A DNA stretch of 64,000 bases from NCBI GenBank assembly GCA_009859145.1, contig VRVR01000006.1, forward strand, positions 273,879-337,878. Reading direction: 5' to 3'. Within the stretch, counting starts at the first letter, position 1, and each line of letters starts with the position of its first letter. Source of the DNA: Andalucia godoyi And28 (lineage: Eukaryota; Protista; Jakobida). The position numbers and the translations under genes are program-made. Below the pieces are notes generated by a model. The model saw only the letters and a program-made list of their open reading frames with translations. It was not told where the DNA came from and ran no database searches. This document shows, in pieces, positions 31,846 to 42,145 of this stretch.

Positions 31846-33132
31846 ATGGCGGATACTCCGTGTACGATAGTAGAGACGCTGTTGCTGGATATTAGACCGC
31901 GCGTGCTCGCTGGATGCAATGTCACAGACATCATGGACGATTTGTCATCCATGTTCGATTCGCAACCTTGGTTCTGCTCGTCCTTGTCGTTTCAAGACCT
32001 GCTTGTGTACTTGTTTCTAGATTACTTTCCTTTCTTGTCGCGAAACTATCTAAAGAAGATTATCAGTTCGTACGTGAAGATTTTGGACCACAATCGTTGC
32101 GAAGTTGCCGAGACGTTTCTCGACTTTTTGCAGAACACAACAGCAGATACGGGAGAAATCATGTTTCAGCGATGCTACGTGTTTCTCAATGAGGCGTACG
32201 TTCAAAGAGTGAGGAAGCTTGCTGGGCAGGCCAATCTGAATTGCGATGGCAGCTGCGTCGGCAACTTGGTCGAATTTGTCAAGCAGATAGACGAGGACAC
32301 GGGAGAACTCGGGATCTCGGTCAAGGTGTCCGTGACGGATGGGTTTCACGAAACCGGGACGGTTGCCTGGGAAGCTGGCTGCTTTTTGGCAGAGTTTGCG
32401 GCTTCGCACCCAGATCTGTTTGATGGAAAGTCTGTTCTCGAGTTGGGAACTGGAATTGGTGTCACGGCGATTGGGCTGATGAAACTGTGCAATATCCGTC
32501 GCATGACGATGACCGACTATGCACCGCTGGTTCTCTCCAATCTTGCTGGTAATGTCAAGCTCAGTATGAATTCTTTTATTTATTTTATTTATTTTTTTAA
32601 CCGTTCAGTACCAGCTGTCTAATCTGCAATGCATCCTGTCTTTTGTGCAATCTACCGTTCACTGACAACAATTCGTGTGGCTTGGAAACATGCAACAAAC
32701 AAACCAAAAAAACAAACAAACAAACAACAACAACAACAACAACACAACACCCATGTAGATGAGCCGTACCCAAGTGGATGTGCATGGACGATGGAGTCCA
32801 TGAACTGGGAGTCCTTTGACAGGTCGGCTGTGGCAGACAGAACTGAGGAACTTGTCATTGGCGCAGACTTGGTGTACGAACCAGACGCCATCATCGGATT
32901 GTGCAATGTTGTTCAATCTCTGCTGCAAAACAAGTCGCGGGTTGTGTTGCTGGCGGTGACAAAACGAAATCCAGAGACGTTTGAATTTTTCAAGAATGCC
33001 CTTGAAGAGCGCTGTGTGCGATGGCAAGACATGACGCGGTGGGCCCACGACACAACCAAGGAACTGCTGCGGTATCGGAACCGAGATGCGGTCATGGTGG
33101 GATACGTCAAGCCAGTGGCCTCGTCTTCATAA
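31846..33132 (+). CDS. EEF2KMT: eEF2 lysine methyltransferase (FAM86/EFM3, METTL21 family); intron 32564-32758
   Basis: FAM86-like N-terminus (YFPFLSRNYLKKII), ETGTVAWEAGCFLAEF, SAM motif VLELGTGIG, MTDY, and IGADLVY in exon 2. A 195-nt GTATGA...TAG intron joins the two same-frame ORFs. Confidence 0.85.
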
Positions 33133-36084
33133 GTCAGTCTCGGTGGCTGCGTCGCTCTCGTGATCTCGCGCATCCATGAATTCCATGTCGTCGAAAGATG
33201 TTCTTGCAGAAATTGTGCTCATACGATGTCGGAGAGAGCCTCCCCGAGCTGGAGCCGGTTGTCGAGGTGGCCGTCGCGGAGAGCTATTGGAAGCTGCTAC
33301 TTGGACATTGATCACGCCAGGTGGGTGATCCACGGACGCAGATGGCTCATAAACGGAGAGATCTACGAGTCTCTTTTCTTTTCGAGAAAAGCTGGCAACA
33401 TACGGGTGAACGTGATCGCGTTCAAACACAATCATCTGCCTGCACACAATCTTTTGCAATGTCTGGTTCCTATCCAATGCGTGGATCATCGCCGTCAATC
33501 CAAGGACTCCAATAAAATTCTTGCTGATGTCGATCTCTTGCAACGTGCGATTTCTCCCAACGGCCTGGAAAAGCAACGTCAAGTTGCGTTCCGACACCGC
33601 GCTGTTTGCAACTGACAAACGTCGAACGCGATACGAGGACGTGCGCAACGCATCGCACAGATTCGCAATGCAGCCATCGTCCAATGCGTTCCACGAAAGA
33701 TCCAAGTGGACAAGAGTCGCCCGAATTCCCAAGCAAATAAGCGTGTTGGCTCTGGAAAGGAAATTCCCGCCGAGATCAAGATGCTGCAGAGAAGAGTAGA
33801 ACGTCGACATCAGTTCTGCGATCGCAGCACCGCCCTGGTACCCGATGTTCCCGTTTCGCAAGGTCAGGCTCTGGAGCAATCGGCGCGTGTTGCGATGTGT
33901 GGCACGTTTGCACAGTGCAGCACAAATCTCAATGCAGCCCGCATCTCGAAGATCCGCATTGCATATTGAAACATGCTCCAGGGGGGCATCGGAAGTCGAC
34001 AGGATATCGCACGTTGCGTGTATGCTGTCCTTCGAATATGCACCTTCGCGAGGAATTAGCGGACTGGGTCCGGTGAACCCTTGATTGGGAGGAGGGGCCA
34101 TGAAAACGGTAGGCTTCACAGCACTCGACGAAGTACTCGCCGCAACACCGTGTACAACTAACGTTCGGGGTCGCGGATCCTGCAGGGAACCGTCGATTGA
34201 CAAATGGTCCAGACTCTGCAGATCCGCGATTGCTTGAACAATCATCTGAGATGCGCTTAACATGATTTCATGTCCTTGGATATGCAGCCAGCGAAGCGAC
34301 GATCTCGAACTACCGGTCAAAAGGGAGGAAATAAAAGAAGCCGAGCGGGGGTTTTGGAATGGAGATCTCTTAAACTTTGGGAATCGGATGTCAAGCGTGT
34401 GCACATGGTCCAGAGCAAGCAGGAAGGACGGAACAAGGGGCAGATCAGCGTTGCCAAGGATGGTGTTGAATGAGTTCATGGAGGGGAACTTTGCCGAGGC
34501 CACGGTCGACGAAGCCGAAAAGTGATTGAGCCGGAAAATCTTTTCAAAAGACCGCGGGGCATCTGACACGTCGAGTCGAACAGCGCGAATCGAGGAATGC
34601 GCACAGGCACGATCCAAGAGATCCAAATCCCGCATGGCGATGGATAGCTGTTGCTTATTTTCTGCGGCAATCAACAAGTCCAGCACCCGACTTGCTTGAT
34701 TCGTAATGAACACGTCCTTTTCCGAGTGCAGCGATGCAGAGGACAGTCTGTGCGTATATCGCAGATCAAGCGCGACTGGATGATCCAACGTCTGCGGCGC
34801 GCGTGATGGAGTCGCAGAGGCAGCCGCAGCAACGTTACGCGGCGGGGAGCCCAACACACTGTTCAAGTTGGTACGTGTCGCTGGAACCGATATGGACGCC
34901 AACGGATCAGAATCCGTCTTGCGCGGAGTGGAAAGATGCAAACTTTCGGTCCCTTTTAACCACGCCTCGATTTGAGCGACCGGATTTCCCCCGGGCAGAT
35001 CTTGAAACAACTGTTGCTGTGCGCCCCTTCTTCCTTTTCTAGTACTCGGTGTTGAACTAGCAGAGTCCATAGATGTTGACAACGTGTCGCGAAATGGATG
35101 ACCTGAGGCATTCGAAGGATTTTCAGCTGAAAACTCAGCAGCTACTGCTGGGGCAATGCGATAAGACACTGATGCAGGAAATGACGAGGTTGACGAATCA
35201 TCAGAAGCTCGGAGCCGATTCCCATTGTTACCATTATTACCAGTGTTGCTGCCGCCACCGCCGCCGCTGCTGCTGACGTTGCTGTTGTTGATGATGTTGC
35301 CGCTGCTGTGACGCATATGAAGATGAAGACTGTTGTGACCACCGCTGACGTTCTGACTGCTCAATTGATTCAGCTGGCTGGAGCCCACGGTAGCTGCGTT
35401 TGAATGCATTGAAGGTGGTACCGAGGAAGCTGGCAGTGATGATGAGCGACTGCTCGTGGGTGCAGCTGCTGCACCAGCCGTGCCAGTCCCAGTTCCGCTA
35501 CCGATTCCGTTGCTTGCCGGAGGCAAATCAGCGGTGTTCTGTCGATATTGAAAGCTGTAATGAATTTGGTCGAAGCACGGATGGTTGCGGCTCCAACGCA
35601 GCGGTTCCTGCAATGTCATTGCATATTTCGACCATAAACCAGCAGTTCTTGGCTTCCACTGCGGCATGATATGCTCCAATTTGCACAATGCAAGCCAATC
35701 AATAAGCGATGCGATGGAAACGACACAGTCATTAGGAACGAGCGCCAAATCCGCGGCGTTCGTAAAGTCGTAAATCAAGTCGTACTCAAACCTCTTTGTC
35801 AAATACTGCAGCGAAGGAGTCATTTGCATAAGAGAAGCCGTAACCACAGCAGCGATAATTTCCGCCGGCGTAACATTTCTAAGCAGCAATGCAATTCCAT
35901 GCTGCGTGTTTGGTTCTGCAAGTTGAAACACAAGCTCGATGGAGGCTGCAGAACACGCCGATGGACACTGAACGACATCTCCTTCAATTTCGAATTTGGT
36001 GTCCGATATCCGCCGGTCTTGATTCAAAGTATGGGACGATTGAGCTCGCCAAAACGAACGAAATACATTGGACACCGAGTCCAT
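33127..36084 (-). CDS. RNI-like leucine-rich-repeat protein (about 985 aa)
   Basis: C-terminal LRRs: LQSLTLRNGNIG, LQHLDLGGNFLS, LVHLDLSWNALD, LQEIDISKNFIG. Likely ATG at 36084. Confidence 0.8.
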   Translation of the reverse strand: MDSVSNVFRSFWRAQSSHTLNQDRRISDTKFEIEGDVVQCPSACSAASIELVFQLAEPNTQHGIALLLRNVTPAEIIAAVVTASLMQMTPSLQYLTKRFEYDLIYDFTNAADLALVPNDCVVSIASLIDWLALCKLEHIMPQWKPRTAGLWSKYAMTLQEPLRWSRNHPCFDQIHYSFQYRQNTADLPPASNGIGSGTGTGTAGAAAAPTSSRSSSLPASSVPPSMHSNAATVGSSQLNQLSSQNVSGGHNSLHLHMRHSSGNIINNSNVSSSGGGGGSNTGNNGNNGNRLRASDDSSTSSFPASVSYRIAPAVAAEFSAENPSNASGHPFRDTLSTSMDSASSTPSTRKGRRGAQQQLFQDLPGGNPVAQIEAWLKGTESLHLSTPRKTDSDPLASISVPATRTNLNSVLGSPPRNVAAAASATPSRAPQTLDHPVALDLRYTHRLSSASLHSEKDVFITNQASRVLDLLIAAENKQQLSIAMRDLDLLDRACAHSSIRAVRLDVSDAPRSFEKIFRLNHFSASSTVASAKFPSMNSFNTILGNADLPLVPSFLLALDHVHTLDIRFPKFKRSPFQNPRSASFISSLLTGSSRSSLRWLHIQGHEIMLSASQMIVQAIADLQSLDHLSIDGSLQDPRPRTLVVHGVAASTSSSAVKPTVFMAPPPNQGFTGPSPLIPREGAYSKDSIHATCDILSTSDAPLEHVSICNADLRDAGCIEICAALCKRATHRNTRRLLQSLTLRNGNIGYQGGAAIAELMSTFYSSLQHLDLGGNFLSRANTLICLGIRATLVHLDLSWNALDDGCIANLCDALRTSSYRVRRLSVANSAVSERNLTLLFQAVGRNRTLQEIDISKNFIGVLGLTAMIHALDRNQTLQKIVCRQMIVFERDHVHPYVASFSRKEKRLVDLSVYEPSASVDHPPGVINVQVAASNSSPRRPPRQPAPARGGSLRHRMSTISARTSFDDMEFMDARDHESDAATETDL

Positions 36085-36970
36085 TCTGAACATTACCCAC
36101 TCTATCCCAACACGCACACTACAATCCTTGCCATTGCGCACCTTTTCCCAACGAAGACATGCATATATGAGTATTTGCAGATTGACCATTGAGGCGGGGA
36201 ATAACAAAAAGCAAAGACATATTTAAAAAAGGTCCCGCCATTTGGAGTACGCGTATCAATTGATGCTGGATTCTTCTTCCTGAAAACGCGAAAAAAAAAC
36301 CCACCTTTTTCGTTCTTATGCTACAGCATCTTAATAAAAAGTATTTCCAGTTTTCCTTCTTCTTTCTTTCCTCCTTCTTTCCTCCTTCTTTCCTCCTTCT
36401 TTTTTTCTTTTCTTATAACTACAAGCTAAAGTTAACGTCCCTTGATGACAATGCTGCTGTCTCTTTGTGGCAGCCTCATCCGGAATCGAGGGCAGATTGC
36501 TTCATGACGTGGACTTCTATGCTCGTTGGGAGATTCATTTCGATGACTGAAACGAGCGCGCTATCCTCGCCACATCTTTCTCATTATCACTTCTGTCACC
36601 CTTTTTTCAAAAATAACCATTTACCGACGGGCGAGAACCCAGGACTGAGTACCGAGCTGAAATCCGATTGACTTTGCGCAGTCGTACGCCTCGGGTTTCC
36701 CATTTGCGAAACGAAAACAACGAAAACAAAAACGAAACTGATGAAAAAAGACACACGTAGAATCAAGCATCAATTGCCAAATCCTTCCCTTTCCTTTTTT
36801 GCTGCTCGCAGTTCGCAAGATTCCAAACGCTGTAAAGGAAAGCTCATTGCACTCCGCTCCGGGTTTCTTTCTAAATGAAAAGAATCATCCGTCCATAAGA
36901 ATTGAAGACGACGAATACAAAAGAAAAAGGAAAAGAAAGGCAAGATCAGAGTTTCCACCGTACTTTGAGA

Positions 36971-38884
36971 ATGCAGGATCCTGGAACACCAGCATCTGCG
37001 TACTCTTCGTCTACTCCGTCCCTCACGCCACCTCCACGTCATGCATCTTCTGCTTCTGATGCTGCTTCTGCGTCGTTTGCGTCTTTTCGTGCAGATCAGC
37101 CCGCGGAAGACGAGATAGAGACGTTGGTTGCATATCCGGATGGGGAGTCTTTCGATTCCGATTCCAGTCCGTCCGCGAGCAACCTTGATGCTGACAGTCG
37201 CAGTCATGGCGACAATGGTAATGACAATGGTAATGGGAGTGACAGCGACAGTGACAAGGATGATGACAAGGATGCTGCCGAGCGGGAGTATGGACGTGGG
37301 CGCAGCAACCCGCCATCTTTTCCGTCGTGGAATGGATCGCCGAAACACCAATCGTATTCGTTCGGTTTGCTGGATCATGCGAGAATTCAGGCTGCAGAAC
37401 ATCGGGCAACGTTATCTGCGCTGCTCTCTCGAATCTCAGCGGTTAGTGGTGTCAGAAAGTCGCCTGCATCTTCTTCTCCAGAGGGGAATTCCACAAGTCG
37501 ATCGCGAATGAATCCTCAAGATAATGAATCCGCAATGCTGAAAATCAGAGACAAGGAAATGAGAAAGCTAATGGGCGAATACAGGGCAAAGTACCACGAT
37601 TCAGAAACTGAGCGAAAGACGTTTGCACTGGAAAATGAAAAGCTGCGAACTGAAGTGAAGCGTTTGAGATCCAAGGTTTCGGAGCAAAATCGTGCTTTGC
37701 AGGCAATCGAGTCTGAGTTGGCCTATGTAAAGGATATGCGGCTTCGAGATGGGTTGACAGCGGATTTGCCAGAAGTTACCTCGCTTGCTTTCCATGTTCT
37801 TTCCAAGATAATTCCGTATGTGGCGTGGTCATCGTGCGAGAATGAAGAGTTCAAGAGAAGATTGCTCAACGATTTGGACGATCTGGGAAGACGCATCCCA
37901 GTCGGCGATGCCTATCCTGTGGATCGGTTTGTGAAGCTTCTTGAAGACCGTTTTTTGACGTCGACCGTGATGAGCAAGGCCGATGCACGCTTCCGAAGAC
38001 TAGAAAAGGAGTTCGAGAAGCTTGACCTGCTTCACAGAAATGCACTTGACACCATTGAGAAGTTGAAGTCGCAAGTATATGCAAAAAATGAAGGCGAGAT
38101 CATGCAACTTGGACGTGCAATCGATGTTATTCAGAGCGTTGTGCAAGCAGGGAGAAGCTCTTCGCCAGATGTTTTTGATGATATCTCAATGAATTCGGAT
38201 CTTGCGAGCGCGTGGCGAGTTGTGGCCGTTCGTGACAAGGACCTCTTCGCATCTGCGCTCGATTCGTGGAGAGACATGCTTTTGCAGAAATTCGACCCGC
38301 TGCGATTTGCAACAGCCAAGAAACTTGCTCCACCGTCTTCACAATCTCCGTCTGGTCAGTCGTTGACGTCCCCACGAGGCGGAAGCGCATCCAAGTCAAG
38401 CACCGCGCGAACAGCGTCGCAGCGTCGGTCATTTGGGTATGCAGCCAAAGTTGATGCAGCTTCTTCGCAGAGTGACCAAAACACAAGCGCGGGATCACCG
38501 CTGTCGTCATCTGCACCAATTCGAAATGTAGCGGAAGAGCAGTCGGTGTTGATTTACAACATGGAAAGCGTTTTGCGCGATGCAGAAGCTCGCATTCTTG
38601 AACTCGAGTCGCAACAACAGCTGTGGTTTGCAGACCGCGAGAAGCTGCTCAGAAGAATCAAATGGCTGCTGGAAGATAAGAAGAGTTTGCTGCTTGAGCG
38701 GCAGGTTTCTGCATCCGAACCAAAGCCTCCCTCTTCTCCAGATCAAGAGGCAGTCTCACCCCCATCCTCTCTTACGGTTTCGGACAAGCGGCCGAACGAC
38801 ATTGCAGACGGTCGTGTTTCTCCCGTTCCACCGACCCTGCCGGACAGCGAAGCCAGTGGAGCGCTGGACAACTCAGCGCTATGA
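36971..38884 (+). CDS. Hypothetical coiled-coil protein with S/D-rich ends
   Basis: Intact ORF with heptad-rich segments (ERKTFALENEKLRTEVKRLRSKVSEQNRALQAIESEL; VLRDAEARILELESQQ). Confidence 0.7.
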   Translation: MQDPGTPASAYSSSTPSLTPPPRHASSASDAASASFASFRADQPAEDEIETLVAYPDGESFDSDSSPSASNLDADSRSHGDNGNDNGNGSDSDSDKDDDKDAAEREYGRGRSNPPSFPSWNGSPKHQSYSFGLLDHARIQAAEHRATLSALLSRISAVSGVRKSPASSSPEGNSTSRSRMNPQDNESAMLKIRDKEMRKLMGEYRAKYHDSETERKTFALENEKLRTEVKRLRSKVSEQNRALQAIESELAYVKDMRLRDGLTADLPEVTSLAFHVLSKIIPYVAWSSCENEEFKRRLLNDLDDLGRRIPVGDAYPVDRFVKLLEDRFLTSTVMSKADARFRRLEKEFEKLDLLHRNALDTIEKLKSQVYAKNEGEIMQLGRAIDVIQSVVQAGRSSSPDVFDDISMNSDLASAWRVVAVRDKDLFASALDSWRDMLLQKFDPLRFATAKKLAPPSSQSPSGQSLTSPRGGSASKSSTARTASQRRSFGYAAKVDAASSQSDQNTSAGSPLSSSAPIRNVAEEQSVLIYNMESVLRDAEARILELESQQQLWFADREKLLRRIKWLLEDKKSLLLERQVSASEPKPPSSPDQEAVSPPSSLTVSDKRPNDIADGRVSPVPPTLPDSEASGALDNSAL

Positions 38885-39649
38885 TTGCGTGGTGGTCGTT
38901 TTTTTTTCTTCCTCCCCCCTTCTTCTTTTTCTTTCACTCTCGCCGTTTCAGCCTTTTTAATGGCAGGTGGCTGCCTCCATGAAATGTGCGTCACAGACTA
39001 ACGGCGTCGTTTCGACAAGACGTAGATCTGAGGCTGAGGAAAGAAATGCACTCGCAAAGAAACGCCAGCCTGCCAGAGGGTTTGTCGCCGACATCCACAA
39101 GGAAACAAGGGTCTCATTCCAAGAAAGGACTGAATTTCACACTTGTAAGTGATGCCGGTCTTTGCGATGCGTTCTGTCTGCAAGACTCCATTGCAGTTTA
39201 GTAGTTTAGTTTTTCTTTCTTTCTTGTTTTCTCTCTTGTTTTTTCCTTTACTTTTTCCTTTACTTTTTTTTTTCGCGTGAGAAGGGGAGTTGTGGTTCCC
39301 CGCACTCGGATGTTCTGTCGGTCGCGGCGTCACACCGCATCGTGTGTCAAACACAAACAGTCACAAATCATGTCGCTGTCTGAACGAAACATCTCAAGAG
39401 TCATGTTAAAATAAATATTAAAAAAATCCAAACTAGAGTGTTGCTCTGTCTATTCGCATCAGCTCAGACACCGTGTTAAGGGGACCCGAGCGGGTTTCGG
39501 AAGCGCAAACGACGAACGAATCCTGACTATTCTCAACCATGAATTCCCCAAGAATGAATTTATTATTCGTCGAGTGCTTTTGTGATTCGTTATATGGTGT
39601 TTTTTTAAAATTACATTTGAACTTCATTTTAAATAGCTCGAAATGAAAA

Positions 39650-42067
39650 ATGTCTGTGTTGAAGGATGGCGAGCTGGAGAAATTGAAGAATTTCGCGTTT
39701 CCTCCCTTGTTTCCATTTTTTTCCATGGTGGTGGCATGTCGGGAGTCCTTTCAGGTTCCGCCTGTGTTGTTGCAGATGTCGACGCCCCAAGGAGAGGTAG
39801 ATGTCGGTCTCTTGGACTGGGTTGAGATGATTTGGGAGGCTCTCGAGCCGCGTGTCATGCAAGAAAAGGCAGTGTGCGAATCACGTGAACAGGCGCATTT
39901 CGTGTCTGTTGTCTTCGCCTCTACCAGATCGTTCGTTGCGGTTTTCGGTTGTTTTGATATTGCATCGTGGAAAATGAGCTTTGTTCCGCTAGGCTACCGA
40001 TTTTCATTTCAGTATCTCCAAGAATGCTATGCAGAACTGATTCGAAGACGACTGCAGTCTCTGGGCCAGGTCTTTGTGCTGAGCATTGACACAAGCGAAT
40101 TTTTGAAGGAGTACAACCACAATGCGTGTTCCACAGTCAAGAACAGCATTCGTTGGATGAATGGGGACGAGACGGTGCCGGGAGGTGATGTTGATCCTTG
40201 CACAAATGAAGCCTATCGAAATTTCGAGGTGGTACAGTTTCTGGCGTCCGCTGGACTGATGGACGATGCCGACGATGGGATTGTGGACCGTAATTCACAT
40301 CTGAGAAATGACATCGACGCTCCGTCGCTGGTAGGGTTTTCCGGATATTCTGACACTGGGTCTTCTGGTGGAGGACGGCTGCGTGACAAGGGCTCAACAG
40401 TTCACAGAGCGATGCGCGCCGCAGGTGCGAATGCAGTGACTCTGGAACGATCAAAACAGATCGTTCGCGAGACCGAAGAAATTGGGTCTGCAGAAATCCA
40501 GGAAATCCAGTTGCAGTTGGATGTGATTCAAAGCATTGCAATGCAGAATATTGAATCGGTATTGCAGCGCGGCGACAAACTGGATGCTCTCGAGGAGAAG
40601 ACTGTTGATATCAGCGTCCAAGCACACGAGTTTCATCGACACGCAAAAAAGCAAAGTGCTGGTGCTGGACGCAAGCTGTCGCTTGTTCCTGTGATCGTAT
40701 GTTGCTGTTGCTGCATATTGGTGGCAAAGTATGGTAATTTCCGGTGGCATTCGACGTTTATGCGATTAACGCTGTTGAAGCCTCGGGTTGTGTTCTGGTC
40801 TCTCTTGTTCCTTCCTCTTGCTTCCGTCCTTGGAGTATTTCTGGCTCCTGTCGTGGGCCTTCTGATGACGGTGATGCCAGATGGAAGGAGCGGAATGTTC
40901 CAGCATGCAAAGGAGAACGATGTGACAGTTGGGGTGTGGACCGCATTCTTTTTCATCGGCGGTGTATTTGCATACGTTTGCAATGTTCCGAGCATCTATG
41001 CTGCGGTCGCCGCCCCTTCTTGTTGCGTGGCATTGATCGCGACAGGTTGCTTGTGGAAAGAGTCCGCAATGTTTCTGAGACCGTTGAAGCCGCACCAGAA
41101 AATCAAGGTGCGCTCGAACTTGTCCAATTGCATCGGCATATTCTCCTTGTGTTTGGAATACGTGCAGCTGATGAGTCTGGCGGTTCTTTCCGTGTCTTTC
41201 GACGTTTCATTGAATGCAAATCTGGTGTCTGTCACTGGCATTGTGCTGCGCCCATTCGGATCCTCGGTGATGACGCAGTTCATCATTGCTTGCGTCATTG
41301 CTGCTGTGTTGCTAGGATTTCTTGCAATCACTGTGCTGTTGACCTCGCAGTCCGAGAAGCGCGTTGCAAGAGTCACGGAGCAGCAGGAACGGGAGGGAAA
41401 TTTGGCTTGGTTGAAACAACTGATATCGTTGTTGTCCGACACGGCATTCATGTCTGTCGTTTCTGCATTCTCAGCGGAGATTGGTCAACTGGGCGATACC
41501 GTTGCGTCGAGCGATCGCTGGAATAATGACAGCAGTTTGTACTGGGCCCGATGTGTTCTTCAAGTCGTGCTGTTTGCCTACTGTGTTGGGTGCTTGCTGG
41601 TTGTTCTTCCCATTCAGGCGGTGTTTCCCGATATCTGGCTGCCACCAGGACAAGACGTGAGAGCAGCGCCGCTGTTTTCACTAGCCGAGAAGGGCTTGAA
41701 GATCTTTCTTATTACGAGCCTTCCGCTGGCTCCGAATATCGCATTTTTCCGAACTGGAGTTGCAGTCTCTGTCTTTGCGTTATTGGCTCTCTGGATGATG
41801 GTGTTCCCTCAGCCGATGACCCATGGTGTTGCGAAAGACATTCGCCTGATGTCAATTGTGAATGCTGCTGGAATAATTGGATTGTTGTACATTCCAGAAT
41901 CGATTTCCTTGCCTGCTACGCTTTCCTGGCTGGGCTTTGGATGGCTTGCTGTGGGCGTGTCGGCAAAAATCCGTTCCATGCGGCATCGTCGCATCGTGAA
42001 GTCTCGGCAAGAGAAACTGGCCTCGTTTGTGCAACACTGGTTTGAAGTGCAGCACGACAAGCTGTGA
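39650..42067 (+). CDS. Longin-like/R-SNARE (VAMP7-like) protein fused to a polytopic membrane domain
   Basis: R-SNARE motif IQLQLDVIQSIAMQNIESVLQRGDKLDALEEKTVDISVQAHEFHRHAKK with the zero-layer Arg. It is preceded by a longin-like region and followed by about 10-12 hydrophobic segments in one uninterrupted ORF. Confidence 0.75.
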   Translation: MSVLKDGELEKLKNFAFPPLFPFFSMVVACRESFQVPPVLLQMSTPQGEVDVGLLDWVEMIWEALEPRVMQEKAVCESREQAHFVSVVFASTRSFVAVFGCFDIASWKMSFVPLGYRFSFQYLQECYAELIRRRLQSLGQVFVLSIDTSEFLKEYNHNACSTVKNSIRWMNGDETVPGGDVDPCTNEAYRNFEVVQFLASAGLMDDADDGIVDRNSHLRNDIDAPSLVGFSGYSDTGSSGGGRLRDKGSTVHRAMRAAGANAVTLERSKQIVRETEEIGSAEIQEIQLQLDVIQSIAMQNIESVLQRGDKLDALEEKTVDISVQAHEFHRHAKKQSAGAGRKLSLVPVIVCCCCCILVAKYGNFRWHSTFMRLTLLKPRVVFWSLLFLPLASVLGVFLAPVVGLLMTVMPDGRSGMFQHAKENDVTVGVWTAFFFIGGVFAYVCNVPSIYAAVAAPSCCVALIATGCLWKESAMFLRPLKPHQKIKVRSNLSNCIGIFSLCLEYVQLMSLAVLSVSFDVSLNANLVSVTGIVLRPFGSSVMTQFIIACVIAAVLLGFLAITVLLTSQSEKRVARVTEQQEREGNLAWLKQLISLLSDTAFMSVVSAFSAEIGQLGDTVASSDRWNNDSSLYWARCVLQVVLFAYCVGCLLVVLPIQAVFPDIWLPPGQDVRAAPLFSLAEKGLKIFLITSLPLAPNIAFFRTGVAVSVFALLALWMMVFPQPMTHGVAKDIRLMSIVNAAGIIGLLYIPESISLPATLSWLGFGWLAVGVSAKIRSMRHRRIVKSRQEKLASFVQHWFEVQHDKL

Positions 42068-42145
42068 CGGAGCAAGAATCCTCTTCGTTTTTACTGTCAT
42101 TTAATTATTTAATCATTTCCTTTTCCCCCTAAAGGGACAGCACTA

